From Candidatus Sumerlaeaceae bacterium (GTDB taxonomy: Bacteria; Sumerlaeota; Sumerlaeia; Sumerlaeales; Sumerlaeaceae), in the NCBI GenBank assembly GCA_049968255.1, contig JBMFRB010000009.1, forward strand, positions 1 to 64,000: DNA of 64,000 bases, written 5' to 3'. Below, one piece after another: positions 42,685 through 52,843 of the stretch. The notes below the pieces were generated by a model that had not been told where the DNA came from, made no database searches, and saw only the letters and a program-made list of their open reading frames with translations. Both the position numbers and the translations under genes were made by a program. Positions within the stretch are counted from its first letter, which is position 1, and every line of letters begins with the position of its first letter.

Positions 42685-45078
42685 TTACACATCCGATGGA
42701 AAAACGATCACTTTCAGCCGGTAGCTGTTGTCCGCTTCGTTGAGCTCGCGGATGCGATTTGTTGCATCCACGCGCACCTCCACCTCATGTTCACCCTCAC
42801 CGAAGGGCGGCAGCTCGACGCCACTGAACGAGTACACGCTTGGGCCATAGAGCGGCGGCACAGCGAACGATTTCACCACGACGCCATCCACAAGAATATC
42901 GGCCTGCGATGCTTTACCCGCCTCCGAAGTCCCCGTGTTCGCGACCGAGAACCACGCATAGACGGGTTGTCCGCTCAACAGCACGTCGGGGAATGGCACC
43001 CAGTCAGTCCGATTGCTTAGACGGAGCGGGCGATATAAATTAGACGGGGGGAGCAGTCTCGCTGCTGCACCAGAGTCGATATTTTTCGCCGCGAAATTTG
43101 GGAAGCTATCCGGTGGGGCAGGTCCCGGAACGATGGCAAGATTCTCCCCCTTTCGGATCTTTCCTATCGCTGCCCAAGCGTCGACGAGGCCAGCTCCTGT
43201 CACTTGGTCAAATCCTGCTGCCGCCCGATCACCGGTCACGTCCACCGCCGTTTGCGAGAGAATCCTCATGATATCCGCCGGCTTGAGCTTTGAATCCGCC
43301 TGCCGGAGCAGGGCCGCCACCGCTGCAGCATTGGGAGCCGCCGCGCTTGTTCCAAAGAAATTCGGAAATGGTGTTCCGTCGTCATAATCGAATCCGAATA
43401 ACAAGGTGTCGCAGCCGTCCACGGCAGCGATGTTCGGGACTAGAGCCACTCGAGGCTTATAACGCCCCTGCGCATTGAAGGGAATCTGAATGTTTCCGCC
43501 GCGCGAAGTGAACCACTCCGGGTCTATGAGTGACGTCGGTCCGTGGCCAACCGGATCATAGGCAGGAGCTTCCTCAAAGCGTACTGCTGCCACACATCCG
43601 GCGCCACTGGCTGTCTGGTGGCCGGTGGTTGTCGGCCCTAGTACGGGCACGATGACTCCATGTTCGTCGGCTCGGTACGCCCACAGCCAAAATTCCACCG
43701 GCGTCCGCCGGTTCTGCGGGATGTGATTCTGGGGACCATGGAAGTGATCGACCGCGACATAAGCTGTGATAGGTTCAGTGCCAGAGTAAGAAATATAGAG
43801 AGTTTCTATGGGATCGCCCATTGGGCTGCCAGCCTCTCCCTGGCTGTCAGAGTAGCTGAACCATAATGACGCTTCGCTGGGAGGCACAGGCTCCGTCATG
43901 AAATAAAGATCGAGGTCTACTTGGGCGCCGCCTGTCGAAGGGGAGAACGTCTCCCACGGTTGGTTCCACTGCAGAACGAGAGTGATCTCCGAGTCCGGCG
44001 TAAAAGTAATCGGAAGGTAGGGGCCATATCCTGATCCCCACACTGCAAGGTCCGCCTCGGTTGCAGGCCAGCTCTCGTTGTCTGTCACGCCTGGATTGGC
44101 ATCCTGGTAGCTAAGGCGGATTCCAGAATCGCTAGAATTCCCAGCGCACGTGAAATATGCAGTCCCTGAGCGGATCACCGACGCAATCGCGGTGGAGACA
44201 GGGCTCTCCATGAACCACGGCTCGTCATAATACGTGTAGTCGTCCGTTATGATCGTGCAACCGGCGGACCGCAGCGCAAGGATTCCCTGTGCCATGCGAA
44301 GAAAGTCCGGCTCAGCCGTGTGGAAGGCAAGCTTTGCCCCCGGTGCAATGTCATAAATGAGTTCCGCCATCGCCTCCCCTTCGTCTCCTGGCGTCCACGA
44401 CGGCCAGAAAACGTTGGCGTCGTCGGCCAACAACTCGACTTCCGCGGGCAGTTCACCCATCAGTTGGGGCTTCGAATTGCGCAGAGTTCCCGGGGTGTTT
44501 TGCGGTGGTTCTGTGTCTGGCCTGCGCACCGGCGGGCCAAAAGCGAACGAGTCGGACAGAATGCCGACCTTCTGCGAGGCGCCGTCGAGAAAGCGTGAAC
44601 TGCGTAACGTATCCACGCGGTGAGCCTTGACACCCTGACTCTCGGCGACACCTACGTTCGAGCGGCCTTTGTAAGCGGGTCGAATTCGCACAACTTCAGG
44701 AATAGCCGCGATAGCTTGCAGGTCTTCGTCACTACCCAAAGCCACCGTGACGACGTTGGAATCCGGATACACGCCTGTGATCTGCGAATTTTTGAGCGCG
44801 AATTTCTTCAGCACCGATTCGTTCACAGCTGTGCACCCAACGATGACGATCGTTCGCTTTGCGGCCCTAGCAAAGCCCTTGCCCGTGCTGACGGTGAACT
44901 TACCTGATTTGACAGCAAACGTTTTTTCGGCCCCTCTTTGCAGCAGCGGCGCAGCCACTTTGCGGGCTAGCGGCGGGGGGAGTGCGCCTACGGTTTTCGT
45001 TAGTGGTGCAGCACTCGAGTCAAAGCAAAGCCCCAGGGCCAGTAGAGTGCCGACCGAACTCCAGGTTCTCCTATTCAT
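42685..45078 (-). CDS. Secreted S8/S53-like serine peptidase with C-terminal CARDB-like domain
   Basis: Signal peptide, VGILSDSF, DEGEAMAELIYDIAPGA, FFGTSAAAP, and C-terminal VDATNRIRELNEADN. GGAGG RBS before ATG 45078. Confidence 0.85.
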   Translation of the reverse strand: MNRRTWSSVGTLLALGLCFDSSAAPLTKTVGALPPPLARKVAAPLLQRGAEKTFAVKSGKFTVSTGKGFARAAKRTIVIVGCTAVNESVLKKFALKNSQITGVYPDSNVVTVALGSDEDLQAIAAIPEVVRIRPAYKGRSNVGVAESQGVKAHRVDTLRSSRFLDGASQKVGILSDSFAFGPPVRRPDTEPPQNTPGTLRNSKPQLMGELPAEVELLADDANVFWPSWTPGDEGEAMAELIYDIAPGAKLAFHTAEPDFLRMAQGILALRSAGCTIITDDYTYYDEPWFMESPVSTAIASVIRSGTAYFTCAGNSSDSGIRLSYQDANPGVTDNESWPATEADLAVWGSGYGPYLPITFTPDSEITLVLQWNQPWETFSPSTGGAQVDLDLYFMTEPVPPSEASLWFSYSDSQGEAGSPMGDPIETLYISYSGTEPITAYVAVDHFHGPQNHIPQNRRTPVEFWLWAYRADEHGVIVPVLGPTTTGHQTASGAGCVAAVRFEEAPAYDPVGHGPTSLIDPEWFTSRGGNIQIPFNAQGRYKPRVALVPNIAAVDGCDTLLFGFDYDDGTPFPNFFGTSAAAPNAAAVAALLRQADSKLKPADIMRILSQTAVDVTGDRAAAGFDQVTGAGLVDAWAAIGKIRKGENLAIVPGPAPPDSFPNFAAKNIDSGAAARLLPPSNLYRPLRLSNRTDWVPFPDVLLSGQPVYAWFSVANTGTSEAGKASQADILVDGVVVKSFAVPPLYGPSVYSFSGVELPPFGEGEHEVEVRVDATNRIRELNEADNSYRLKVIVFPSDV

Positions 45079-45205
45079 AAGCCACCTCCAAGATAGAGTT
45101 CGAAGCAGAGCGGAGGTGAAGGAAGGATAAGGCGTACTGGTGTTTCGCAATCGCCTAGCGCCCTGGTTCGCACTTATTTTCGGAAACGTGTCGCCTCAAG
45201 GCAAC

Positions 45206-45240
45206 AAAAAAGTACGCTGCCCGAAAGCCTCGAGCAGCGT
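45206..45240 (-). terminator. Terminator of the ars operon
   Basis: Minus strand ACGCTGCTCGA-GGCTT-TCGGGCAGCGT-ACTTTTTT. Confidence 0.75.
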
Positions 45241-45276
45241 GATCGAAATCAAGAAAAGGACATAACATGAAAAAAA

Positions 45277-46389
45277 TTATTTCGACGATGCTCCTGCGGA
45301 GGATGTAACTGGCGCGGTATCAGGCCATGGCCATTTTCGGCGTAGCCACAGGGCCAAGTTGACAAGCGAAATGAGAACAGGTACTTCAACCAATGGCCCA
45401 ATGACAGTGGCGAATGCCTGCTCCGACTGGATGCCGAACACGGCAATGGCCACGGCAATGGCCAGTTCGAAATCGTTACTAGCGCTGCTGAAAGCCACAC
45501 TCACGGAAGAACGGTAGTCGGCGCCGAGCCGCCACGACAGCCAGAATGTCACCACGAACAAGATCACAAAATAGAAAGTGAGTGGGATGGCCACCCGCAG
45601 CACATCGAGCGGCAAGCGCACAATCAAATCGCCTTTCAGCGAGAACATGACAACGATCGTGAACAAAAGGGCCACAAGCGTGATGGGGCTAATGGCCGGC
45701 ACAAACGTTTTTTCATACCATTCGTCGCCTTTTAGGGGGCGGAGAATCAGGCGTGAGGCAAGCCCCCCAGCAAAGGGAATTCCGAGGTAAATCAGCACAC
45801 TCTTAGCGATTTCCCAGATAGAAACGTCGAGGAGGACGCTTTTCATTCCGACCAGGGGCAAGAGTACACCCAGGAAAAACCATGCATAGACGGAATACGT
45901 GATGATCTGGAAAAGAGCATTGAAGGCCACAAGGCCGGCCATGAACTCACGGTTGCCGTCTGCAAGGTCGTTCCAGACGAGGACCATGGCGATGCAACGT
46001 GCCAAACCGACAAGTATGACCCCGACCATGTAGCCGGGATGATCGCGCAGAAAGATGATCGCTAAGAGGAACATGAGCAAGGGGCCCACAATCCAATTCT
46101 GGAAAAGGGCAAATCCCACAACCTTCTTGTTGCGGAACACGTTGCCGATTTCCTCATAGTGCACCTTTGCCAAAGGGGGATACATCATGAGAATGAGGCC
46201 AATGGCTATAGGGATGCTCGTGGTGCCAATGCTTAGGCTTGTTATGGCTTTTGCGATAGCCGGCGCATAGACTCCAATGAGAACACCCGCCACCATGGCC
46301 AAAAAGATCCACAAGGTGAGAAAGCGGTCGAGAACAGAAATTCGCTTTGTGACGCCACAGCATGTCTGCTCAATATTGCTCATTGTCAT
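45277..46389 (-). CDS. acr3: Arsenite efflux transporter ACR3
   Basis: [44 protein letters not shown]. Confidence 0.95.
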   Translation of the reverse strand: MTMSNIEQTCCGVTKRISVLDRFLTLWIFLAMVAGVLIGVYAPAIAKAITSLSIGTTSIPIAIGLILMMYPPLAKVHYEEIGNVFRNKKVVGFALFQNWIVGPLLMFLLAIIFLRDHPGYMVGVILVGLARCIAMVLVWNDLADGNREFMAGLVAFNALFQIITYSVYAWFFLGVLLPLVGMKSVLLDVSIWEIAKSVLIYLGIPFAGGLASRLILRPLKGDEWYEKTFVPAISPITLVALLFTIVVMFSLKGDLIVRLPLDVLRVAIPLTFYFVILFVVTFWLSWRLGADYRSSVSVAFSSASNDFELAIAVAIAVFGIQSEQAFATVIGPLVEVPVLISLVNLALWLRRKWPWPDTAPVTSSAGASSK

Positions 46390-46811
46390 GCCTCCTTTTT
46401 TGCAGATTTCAATTGCTGGATCAGCGCGATTACTCGGCGCTCAATATCATCCCTTACCTGGTTGAATTGGTCAGCCGGCAGATCGCGTGGGTCTGGCAAT
46501 GCCCAGTCCTCACGGTTTCTAGCGCGAACAAAAGGACAGGCATCCCCGCATCCCATGGTGATGACCCAATCCCAGTTATAATCTGGGATCTCGTCGAGGC
46601 TCTTCGAGCGATGTGCGGAAAGATCCACTCCGCACTCTTTCATTGATGTAATGGCTTTCGGATTCACGCGGCCCGAGGGTCTCGATCCCGCGCTCCACAC
46701 CTCAACGAGATCGCCTCCATGCAGACGTGCAAACGCTTCAGCCATTTGCGAGCGGTTCGAATTCTCAACGCAGACAAAGAGGATGCGATAAGGCGGAGTT
46801 GCGTTGGTCAT
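46386..46811 (-). CDS. arsC: Arsenate reductase (LMW-PTP fold)
   Basis: [30 protein letters not shown]. Confidence 0.9.
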   Translation of the reverse strand: MTNATPPYRILFVCVENSNRSQMAEAFARLHGGDLVEVWSAGSRPSGRVNPKAITSMKECGVDLSAHRSKSLDEIPDYNWDWVITMGCGDACPFVRARNREDWALPDPRDLPADQFNQVRDDIERRVIALIQQLKSAKKEA

Positions 46812-47230
46812 GAGGTCTCCTTTCCGGTGGACTGAGTTCTTGGTTGTGTTGACAATGTCCCTTTGCCAGAAGGCGCTGCTTTACGAGCGACAACAGGCCT
46901 GCATGATGGGGCAAGGCGTGCGTACGCAACGCGATCCTTCTCGAGGATCTCGTCGCCCTCGGGGAAATGCGAGATCACTTTTCTCAACCAAGCTCGAAAT
47001 TCGCGAGACACAGAGTAGTGCACCCACTGTTTCTCCTTTCGCGAGCTGAGCAGGCCTACCTGGCGCAGCGGAGCAATGAGTTGCGAAAGAGTGGCCTGCG
47101 GAAGTTTCAGAAGATCTTGTAGCTCGCAAACGCATACCTCGCGCTCCAGCTCGAGCAGCAAATTCACAATGCGCAGACGTCGCTCATTGCTCAACAGCCT
47201 CAGAATCTGATGAAGTCGAAGTTTTGTCAT
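46808..47230 (-). CDS. arsR: ArsR/SmtB family regulator
   Basis: RLRIVNLL, EVCVCEL metal site, WVHYS; first gene of the ars operon. Confidence 0.9.
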   Translation of the reverse strand: MTKLRLHQILRLLSNERRLRIVNLLLELEREVCVCELQDLLKLPQATLSQLIAPLRQVGLLSSRKEKQWVHYSVSREFRAWLRKVISHFPEGDEILEKDRVAYARLAPSCRPVVARKAAPSGKGTLSTQPRTQSTGKETS

Positions 47231-47307
47231 CGTATCGTTCTCATACTCTTTCTCGTATCGCTCGCCCGTTCTCAATGTTGACTATAAGCAGACAGATTCG
47301 TACATTC

Positions 47308-47323
47308 ATATATTCGAATATAT
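47308..47323. promoter_or_regulatory. Perfect 16-bp palindrome ATATATTCGAATATAT, likely ArsR operator
   Basis: AT-rich palindrome about 80 bp upstream of arsR. Confidence 0.6.
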
Positions 47324-47538
47324 CACATCGAGAAGATGCGGCGAAGGTCTGGTCACACGATAGAAACTCTTTTACAGTGCCTGAAGCGAGTAACCACTCA
47401 GAGAAAAGCGCACCAGCTGTGCGCGCAATCTCAGATCGAGGTCAAAACGCATTAGGCTTGTACAAACCCACGCAAATGACACTATGTCGAAACTGCTAAT
47501 CCGCTACGCCATTTCGCCTGGAAGAAGGGGTGTGCCGC

Positions 47539-49125
47539 ATGCCTAAAGCCAAACCAGTGGTAGTCCGTCTTATCCTGATCATGGTGGTGAGCCTCAGCTC
47601 GGTAGGGGACAATCGCAGTCTTGCTGCGAGTGTCACGACAAGCTCCCTGTCGCGACGAAGCATTGCCACTACTGTGACAATGTTCAGTCCTTCACTTGCT
47701 CGCGAGACGACTTACGTTGTGGTCATGCCGGAAAAACTCGCGCGGGGAAAGCGTTATCCAGTGATCTATCTTCTTCATGGGGCGTACGGCTCTTACCGTG
47801 ACTGGCCCGAGAGAACACGACTACTCGAATACGCCGCAGGCCGTCCGTTTCTGATTGTCTGCCCCGACGGCGGGCCGTTTGGGTGGTATGCGGACACGTC
47901 CACCGGCGGACGAATTGAGACCTTTCTCACCCGAGATCTGATTCAGGACGTAGACAAACGTTTCCCAACGGTGAGCCGTCGGGAAGGGCGGGCGATTGCG
48001 GGCCTGAGTATGGGCGGACATGGGGCCCTTTCTCTAGTTGCCCGGTACCCAGACCTGTTTTGTTCGGCGTCGTCCATGAGCGGAATTTTGACCTTAGAAA
48101 ATCACGCGGGAAAATGGCATCTCGACGAGCGTTTCGGAAACATCACGGAAAATCCGGACGCGTGGCGCGCCCACAGCGTTGCCCAGCTCGTCGAGCATTT
48201 CACGACCGCCGCCGTGACGCTTTATTTCGACACCGGCACGAGTGATACCACAGGTGCCGTGGCCGACAATCGCCTCGTCCACGAGCGCATGACTAACCGT
48301 GGTCTTGCCCACACGTACGCAGAATTTCCTGGCGCTCATACGTGGCGCTACTGGGACTGGCGTTTGCCCGCTCATTTAGCGTTTCACTTCGAGCGTTTTC
48401 AGTCGCTTGCTGATCCCCAAAAAGCCCCAGCCGCAACGGGCGTCGTCATTGAAGATTCCGGTCACCAGCTCTATGTGCGCCGCTGCCTGGAATTCGAGCG
48501 GGAGAACGACACCCTGGCACGCAGTGGGATGACATCGCGCCCCGTTGTGCTTCTCGGGAGTTCCAGCATTCAGGGGCTAGACCAGCAAAAGCTTTTCCCA
48601 GAGTACTGGATGCTCAACCGTGGCATTTCGGGTGACCGCATCGGCATCACAAACCGCGGCATTTTGCATCGCCTGCATAGCTCGGTTTTTGCCCTACGCC
48701 CGCGGGCCGTCATTCTTCTCAACGGCACGAACGATCTGAATGCCACGGCGCGCACCGGCCAGCCCACAATCGAGCAAGTGGTTGCCACATATCGTGATGT
48801 GCTTGAACGCATCCATGCCGCACTTCCCGATTGCCAGGTCTTGGCCGTCTCGTGCACTCCAACACGCGAGGCCTACGCGCACATCTCGCCCCTCATCCGC
48901 GAATTCAATGCGCAATTGCATCCCGTCGTTGAGGCGCTTGGCTCTTGGGCTCACTGGGTGGATACTTATTCCCACTGCGTTGATGCCGAGGGGTTCTTGC
49001 GCGAAGAGCTTTCGCGTGACGGACTCCACCTTAATGGTGGAGGCTACAAGATTGTTCAGCAGGTCTTCCGCGAGGCCCTGGCAAAAGCAGGCGTGCCTCC
49101 TGATCGGTTCTCAGATGACAAGTAG
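47539..49125 (+). CDS. Secreted two-domain esterase: alpha/beta hydrolase + SGNH/GDSL hydrolase
   Basis: Signal peptide, YLLHG, GLSMGG, GAHTW; then LLGSSS, NRGISGD, GTND, DGLH. Confidence 0.88.
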   Translation: MPKAKPVVVRLILIMVVSLSSVGDNRSLAASVTTSSLSRRSIATTVTMFSPSLARETTYVVVMPEKLARGKRYPVIYLLHGAYGSYRDWPERTRLLEYAAGRPFLIVCPDGGPFGWYADTSTGGRIETFLTRDLIQDVDKRFPTVSRREGRAIAGLSMGGHGALSLVARYPDLFCSASSMSGILTLENHAGKWHLDERFGNITENPDAWRAHSVAQLVEHFTTAAVTLYFDTGTSDTTGAVADNRLVHERMTNRGLAHTYAEFPGAHTWRYWDWRLPAHLAFHFERFQSLADPQKAPAATGVVIEDSGHQLYVRRCLEFERENDTLARSGMTSRPVVLLGSSSIQGLDQQKLFPEYWMLNRGISGDRIGITNRGILHRLHSSVFALRPRAVILLNGTNDLNATARTGQPTIEQVVATYRDVLERIHAALPDCQVLAVSCTPTREAYAHISPLIREFNAQLHPVVEALGSWAHWVDTYSHCVDAEGFLREELSRDGLHLNGGGYKIVQQVFREALAKAGVPPDRFSDDK

Positions 49126-49332
49126 AACACGAGTGAGAGCAAAACGTGTTTGCCGCAGCGCGAGCAACGAATTGCGTCGCGCCGTGGATGGATGCTCGTG
49201 ACAGACAGCAGGGGATCTCGCTCTAGTGAACTGTGAATTCTCTTGCAGATTCGTTGCGCTTTTCTGAACTGAAATATAATCTACAGCAGTGGTGCACATC
49301 ATGTCCTTCAATCTGTTGCCCAGGAGGTTCTC

Positions 49333-50022
49333 ATGGAAAACGCAGCAACGCCAGGACGCGCTCTACCCCTCATCGGTGAGAAGGCCCCCGCCTTCAAGGC
49401 CGAAACGACTCAAGGTCCAATCACCTTCCCTGATGACTTCAAAGGCAGTTGGGTGATCTTTTTTTCGCACCCAGCGGATTTCACGCCGGTCTGCACGACC
49501 GAATTCATGACCTTTGCCGCGAAACAAAAGCGCTTCGAGCAGCTCAACTGCAAGCTGCTCGGCCTCTCGATTGACAGCACGTATAGCCATATCGCCTGGT
49601 TGCGCACTATTCGTGAGCGCATTGAGTATAAAGGGATGAAGAACATCGAGGTCACCTTCCCCGTGATCAGCGACCTGACGATGGAAGTGTCGCGCCTCTA
49701 TGGAATGCTTCAGCCCTCGGCCAGCACCACGCAGGCGGTTCGCGCGGTCTTCGTCATTGATCCCCAAGCCATAGTGCGTGCCATACTCTACTACCCTCTT
49801 TCCAATGGGCGAAATATCGAAGAGATTGAGCGCCTACTCATCGCGCTTCAAACGACGGACAAGCACCAAATTGCCACGCCGGCGAATTGGCAGCCTGGCG
49901 ACGACGTGATCATTCCGCCGCCAGGTTCGTGCGGCGCAGCGAAGCAGCGTGTGGAATCGCCTCCGCCTGGGGCGAAGGTGCTCGATTGGTTCCTGACCCT
50001 GGCGCCCTGCCCGAAAGACTAA
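49333..50022 (+). CDS. Peroxiredoxin (Prx6 subfamily)
   Basis: HPADFTPVCTTE, TPANW; AGGAGG RBS. Confidence 0.95.
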   Translation: MENAATPGRALPLIGEKAPAFKAETTQGPITFPDDFKGSWVIFFSHPADFTPVCTTEFMTFAAKQKRFEQLNCKLLGLSIDSTYSHIAWLRTIRERIEYKGMKNIEVTFPVISDLTMEVSRLYGMLQPSASTTQAVRAVFVIDPQAIVRAILYYPLSNGRNIEEIERLLIALQTTDKHQIATPANWQPGDDVIIPPPGSCGAAKQRVESPPPGAKVLDWFLTLAPCPKD

Positions 50023-50144
50023 CTCATACACCAAGTGCGGGGCTGGAGCGTTTAGGGCACGCTTGGGCATGTGCAGGAGCAACATGAGGTGGCGATTGCC
50101 GCAGCACGCAGCTAATGTGCGCGGCAGTCGCCCTTCCATGTTCA

Positions 50145-52478
50145 TCACACCGTCCACTGGAGGAGTTCAAAATTCTCTGCCGGAATCCGCATATGAAGCG
50201 GCGCATGGGCTGGCAGCCGTTCAACTTCGCACCCGTCAATTTCCAGCGTCACGAAGAAGTCCAAAGGATCATTTGCTTTGAGGGGCAGCAGGCGCTGCGG
50301 GATTGCGATTTCAATGATTTCGCCGATAGCCACGCGAGCCGGAAGGCGCGCCTGCCCCGCTGAGTCCTTGTCTGCTGTGGATGATATGCTGCTGTTGCCT
50401 TTGGCACCGTTTTTCCCGGTGCCAAAGGTCGCTAACACGTGCGCCGGCTCTGGAGATTTTTTTGCGTCCTTAGTCGCCGCTTGGAAGGTGGCCGTATAGA
50501 CGCGGGCTTGTGTGCTGCGCTCAAGTCCGAGCTTTAGCCGCCACGCGCAGTCGCCGCTTGCAAGATGCAGCGAAAGTTCCACACGAGCCGGTTCGTCTGC
50601 GTGGAAAATCGTCGCGTCGGGATCGATACGATAATACAGATTCTGCGTGTCGAAACCAAAATACAGATGCTGCAAACGCATGCGCCCCGGATGCATCGAG
50701 GTCGAGGCAAGAGCGGGATCATAATGCCCTGCTCCGTACCATTCATAGAAGTGGGTCACGTAGCCATCGAGATTGGGGGAGATATAACACACCGGCGAGG
50801 TCATCTCGCGCGGCGCCGTGTGGCGCGAAATGGGAATGCGCAAAAAACCCGGCGGTTCAAGTCCAACCGCACGGCACGCCGCCGCGAGATGGTCACGGTA
50901 AAGTTGATCGAAAAGATCATCCATGCCACTAGAATGATCTTCGCCATACCACCAGTTCCAGTCGCTGCCTTCTGCAATGTAGAGCGATCGCCACGCCTGC
51001 TCAATCTGCTCAGGGGCCAGCTCGCTGCGATGTTGCTCGATGTGGCGCACGATAAGATCGCGCACGTCATGCAGATAATCCCACGAACGATTGTCTTCGC
51101 GGTGGCCAATCCAAATGCTGAAATCGTGGTTGATCCAGCTTCCTGGGAACAGGCGAGGAATCGTTCGCGTGGGTGGAAACTTATCGAGGTAGTCGGCGAG
51201 CCTCACAGTTTCAATGGCCGCAGAAAGACTGAGCCGCTGATAAAGAGCGCGCAAGAATGTCAGGCCATCGCGTTCATAATGCTCCCAGCAGTTCTCGCCG
51301 TCGAGGATGATTGGAACAAGCCACGGCTGCCCCTCGCGTTCGGCCATCAACGCGATCATCTCCAACCGCCGCACAAGATCCTCTGCGGCATCCTCGGGAT
51401 CCCAGCCCGCGTACTGAAATCCAATGAGGTCGCTGATGTGGTGGTCGCGGAATACCATCTTGAGGCGTGCATCCTCATGTGTGACCCACCAAGGGCCGTA
51501 GAGCAGTTCTGCATTGAGCACATGTCCACGCAGATCACGCCGAATCGGTTGCCCCACGCTGTGGGCAAGGACTTCCTCGTCACTTGCAATCCATTCGATT
51601 CCATACTTGGCGAAAATGGGGATGATGTCGGGCGCAACACTGCCCTCCGCGGGCCACATGCCGCGCGGTGGGCGGCCGAACCATTTCGTGTAGAACTCGA
51701 CGGCCCGACGCACCTGTTCCTCTGCGTCCTCAGGATGCTGAAATCGGCGCTTTGGTAGCGGAATTGCCGGGTGCGCCACTCGGGCAAGATTCGTGTCGCA
51801 TAGTAAGGGGAGAATAGGATGATAAAACGGTGTGGTCGAAACCTCAATTTGGCCCCGTTCCTGCCGCCTCCGATAAGTCGGAATCATTTCGCGAAGGATT
51901 TGCAGGTGCTTGTGCAAGACGTAGTGCTTGTCTTCCTCAGAGAAGCCGCGCCCTTTGCGCAAGAGCTCCTGAAGTTTGTGATCGCTCTCCACGAAAAGCG
52001 GATCAATCCAAACCAGGTTGTACCACACCTGAAGGTCCCGGATCGCCTGGTTATTATAAAGCTGAACCACGGAGCGCAATTCTTCCTGCGAACGCGCCCA
52101 ACCGCGAAGCTCATAAAGTTCGCGGTAGCGTGGGTAAGGCCGGATCATATTCTCGTACTGCGCGTGAAAAAACCGCTCGAGAATGACGCATTTCTCTGTT
52201 TCAGAGAGATCAGAAGGATCAGGCACCGAGAGATCCCAGATAATGTCCGTGGCCCCATGTTCGGCGTAGTCGAGCACCTGTTCCAGGAGCGAGGGGACGA
52301 GGTTTACCGTCATGCGGATATCCGGGAATTCGTCGAGGAGCAGGACCATATCCACGTAATCCTTGGCGGCATGCATCCGCACCCAAGGCATGAAGTACGT
52401 GCCGGTTATCAGGTCCTTGTAATAAGGCTGATGCATGTGCCAAAGAAACGCAACGTACAATGGTTTTTCGCTGCTCAT
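50145..52478 (-). CDS. Glycoside hydrolase family 57 (amylopullulanase-like)
   Basis: WHMHQP, HPILPLL, GMWPAEG (nucleophile Glu), LDGENCWE (acid/base Asp), AEGSDWNWW. Confidence 0.93.
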   Translation of the reverse strand: MSSEKPLYVAFLWHMHQPYYKDLITGTYFMPWVRMHAAKDYVDMVLLLDEFPDIRMTVNLVPSLLEQVLDYAEHGATDIIWDLSVPDPSDLSETEKCVILERFFHAQYENMIRPYPRYRELYELRGWARSQEELRSVVQLYNNQAIRDLQVWYNLVWIDPLFVESDHKLQELLRKGRGFSEEDKHYVLHKHLQILREMIPTYRRRQERGQIEVSTTPFYHPILPLLCDTNLARVAHPAIPLPKRRFQHPEDAEEQVRRAVEFYTKWFGRPPRGMWPAEGSVAPDIIPIFAKYGIEWIASDEEVLAHSVGQPIRRDLRGHVLNAELLYGPWWVTHEDARLKMVFRDHHISDLIGFQYAGWDPEDAAEDLVRRLEMIALMAEREGQPWLVPIILDGENCWEHYERDGLTFLRALYQRLSLSAAIETVRLADYLDKFPPTRTIPRLFPGSWINHDFSIWIGHREDNRSWDYLHDVRDLIVRHIEQHRSELAPEQIEQAWRSLYIAEGSDWNWWYGEDHSSGMDDLFDQLYRDHLAAACRAVGLEPPGFLRIPISRHTAPREMTSPVCYISPNLDGYVTHFYEWYGAGHYDPALASTSMHPGRMRLQHLYFGFDTQNLYYRIDPDATIFHADEPARVELSLHLASGDCAWRLKLGLERSTQARVYTATFQAATKDAKKSPEPAHVLATFGTGKNGAKGNSSISSTADKDSAGQARLPARVAIGEIIEIAIPQRLLPLKANDPLDFFVTLEIDGCEVERLPAHAPLHMRIPAENFELLQWTV

Positions 52479-52843
52479 CCGGCTTTTTCTCGGCGTGAAA
52501 TTTATGTTTGTTGACCTAAATTAGAACGATCCAAACGCATCTGTAAAGAGCAAAAACAAAATCCCTCCCACAAACTCACCCGTCATGTCTTTGCTGTGGC
52601 TTTTCCGACCTGGGCCATTGCGTCAAACCTAATCCTACGCCTTTTGGCCCGCTCGTGGCCACGAGGCAGACGTGCTGCCGCCAGCCATCTTTGCCAAATT
52701 CTTCAGGGATTCGGAGCACGTGAAGTCCGGAAAATTGAGATCTTATGGGTGCGGATGCCAAGCGCTAACTTTTGCTGTCGACGGACATACGCCAGCTCTG
52801 CTCAGCGCGGCAGGAACATCTCTTCATTGTAGCCCGGGGAGCA

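Noticed and set aside
50565-51758. Long plus-strand ORFs opposite real genes (e.g. 50565-51758, 39686-40708, 843-1613)
   Set aside because: Antisense open frames expected in GC-rich coding DNA, with no protein motifs.
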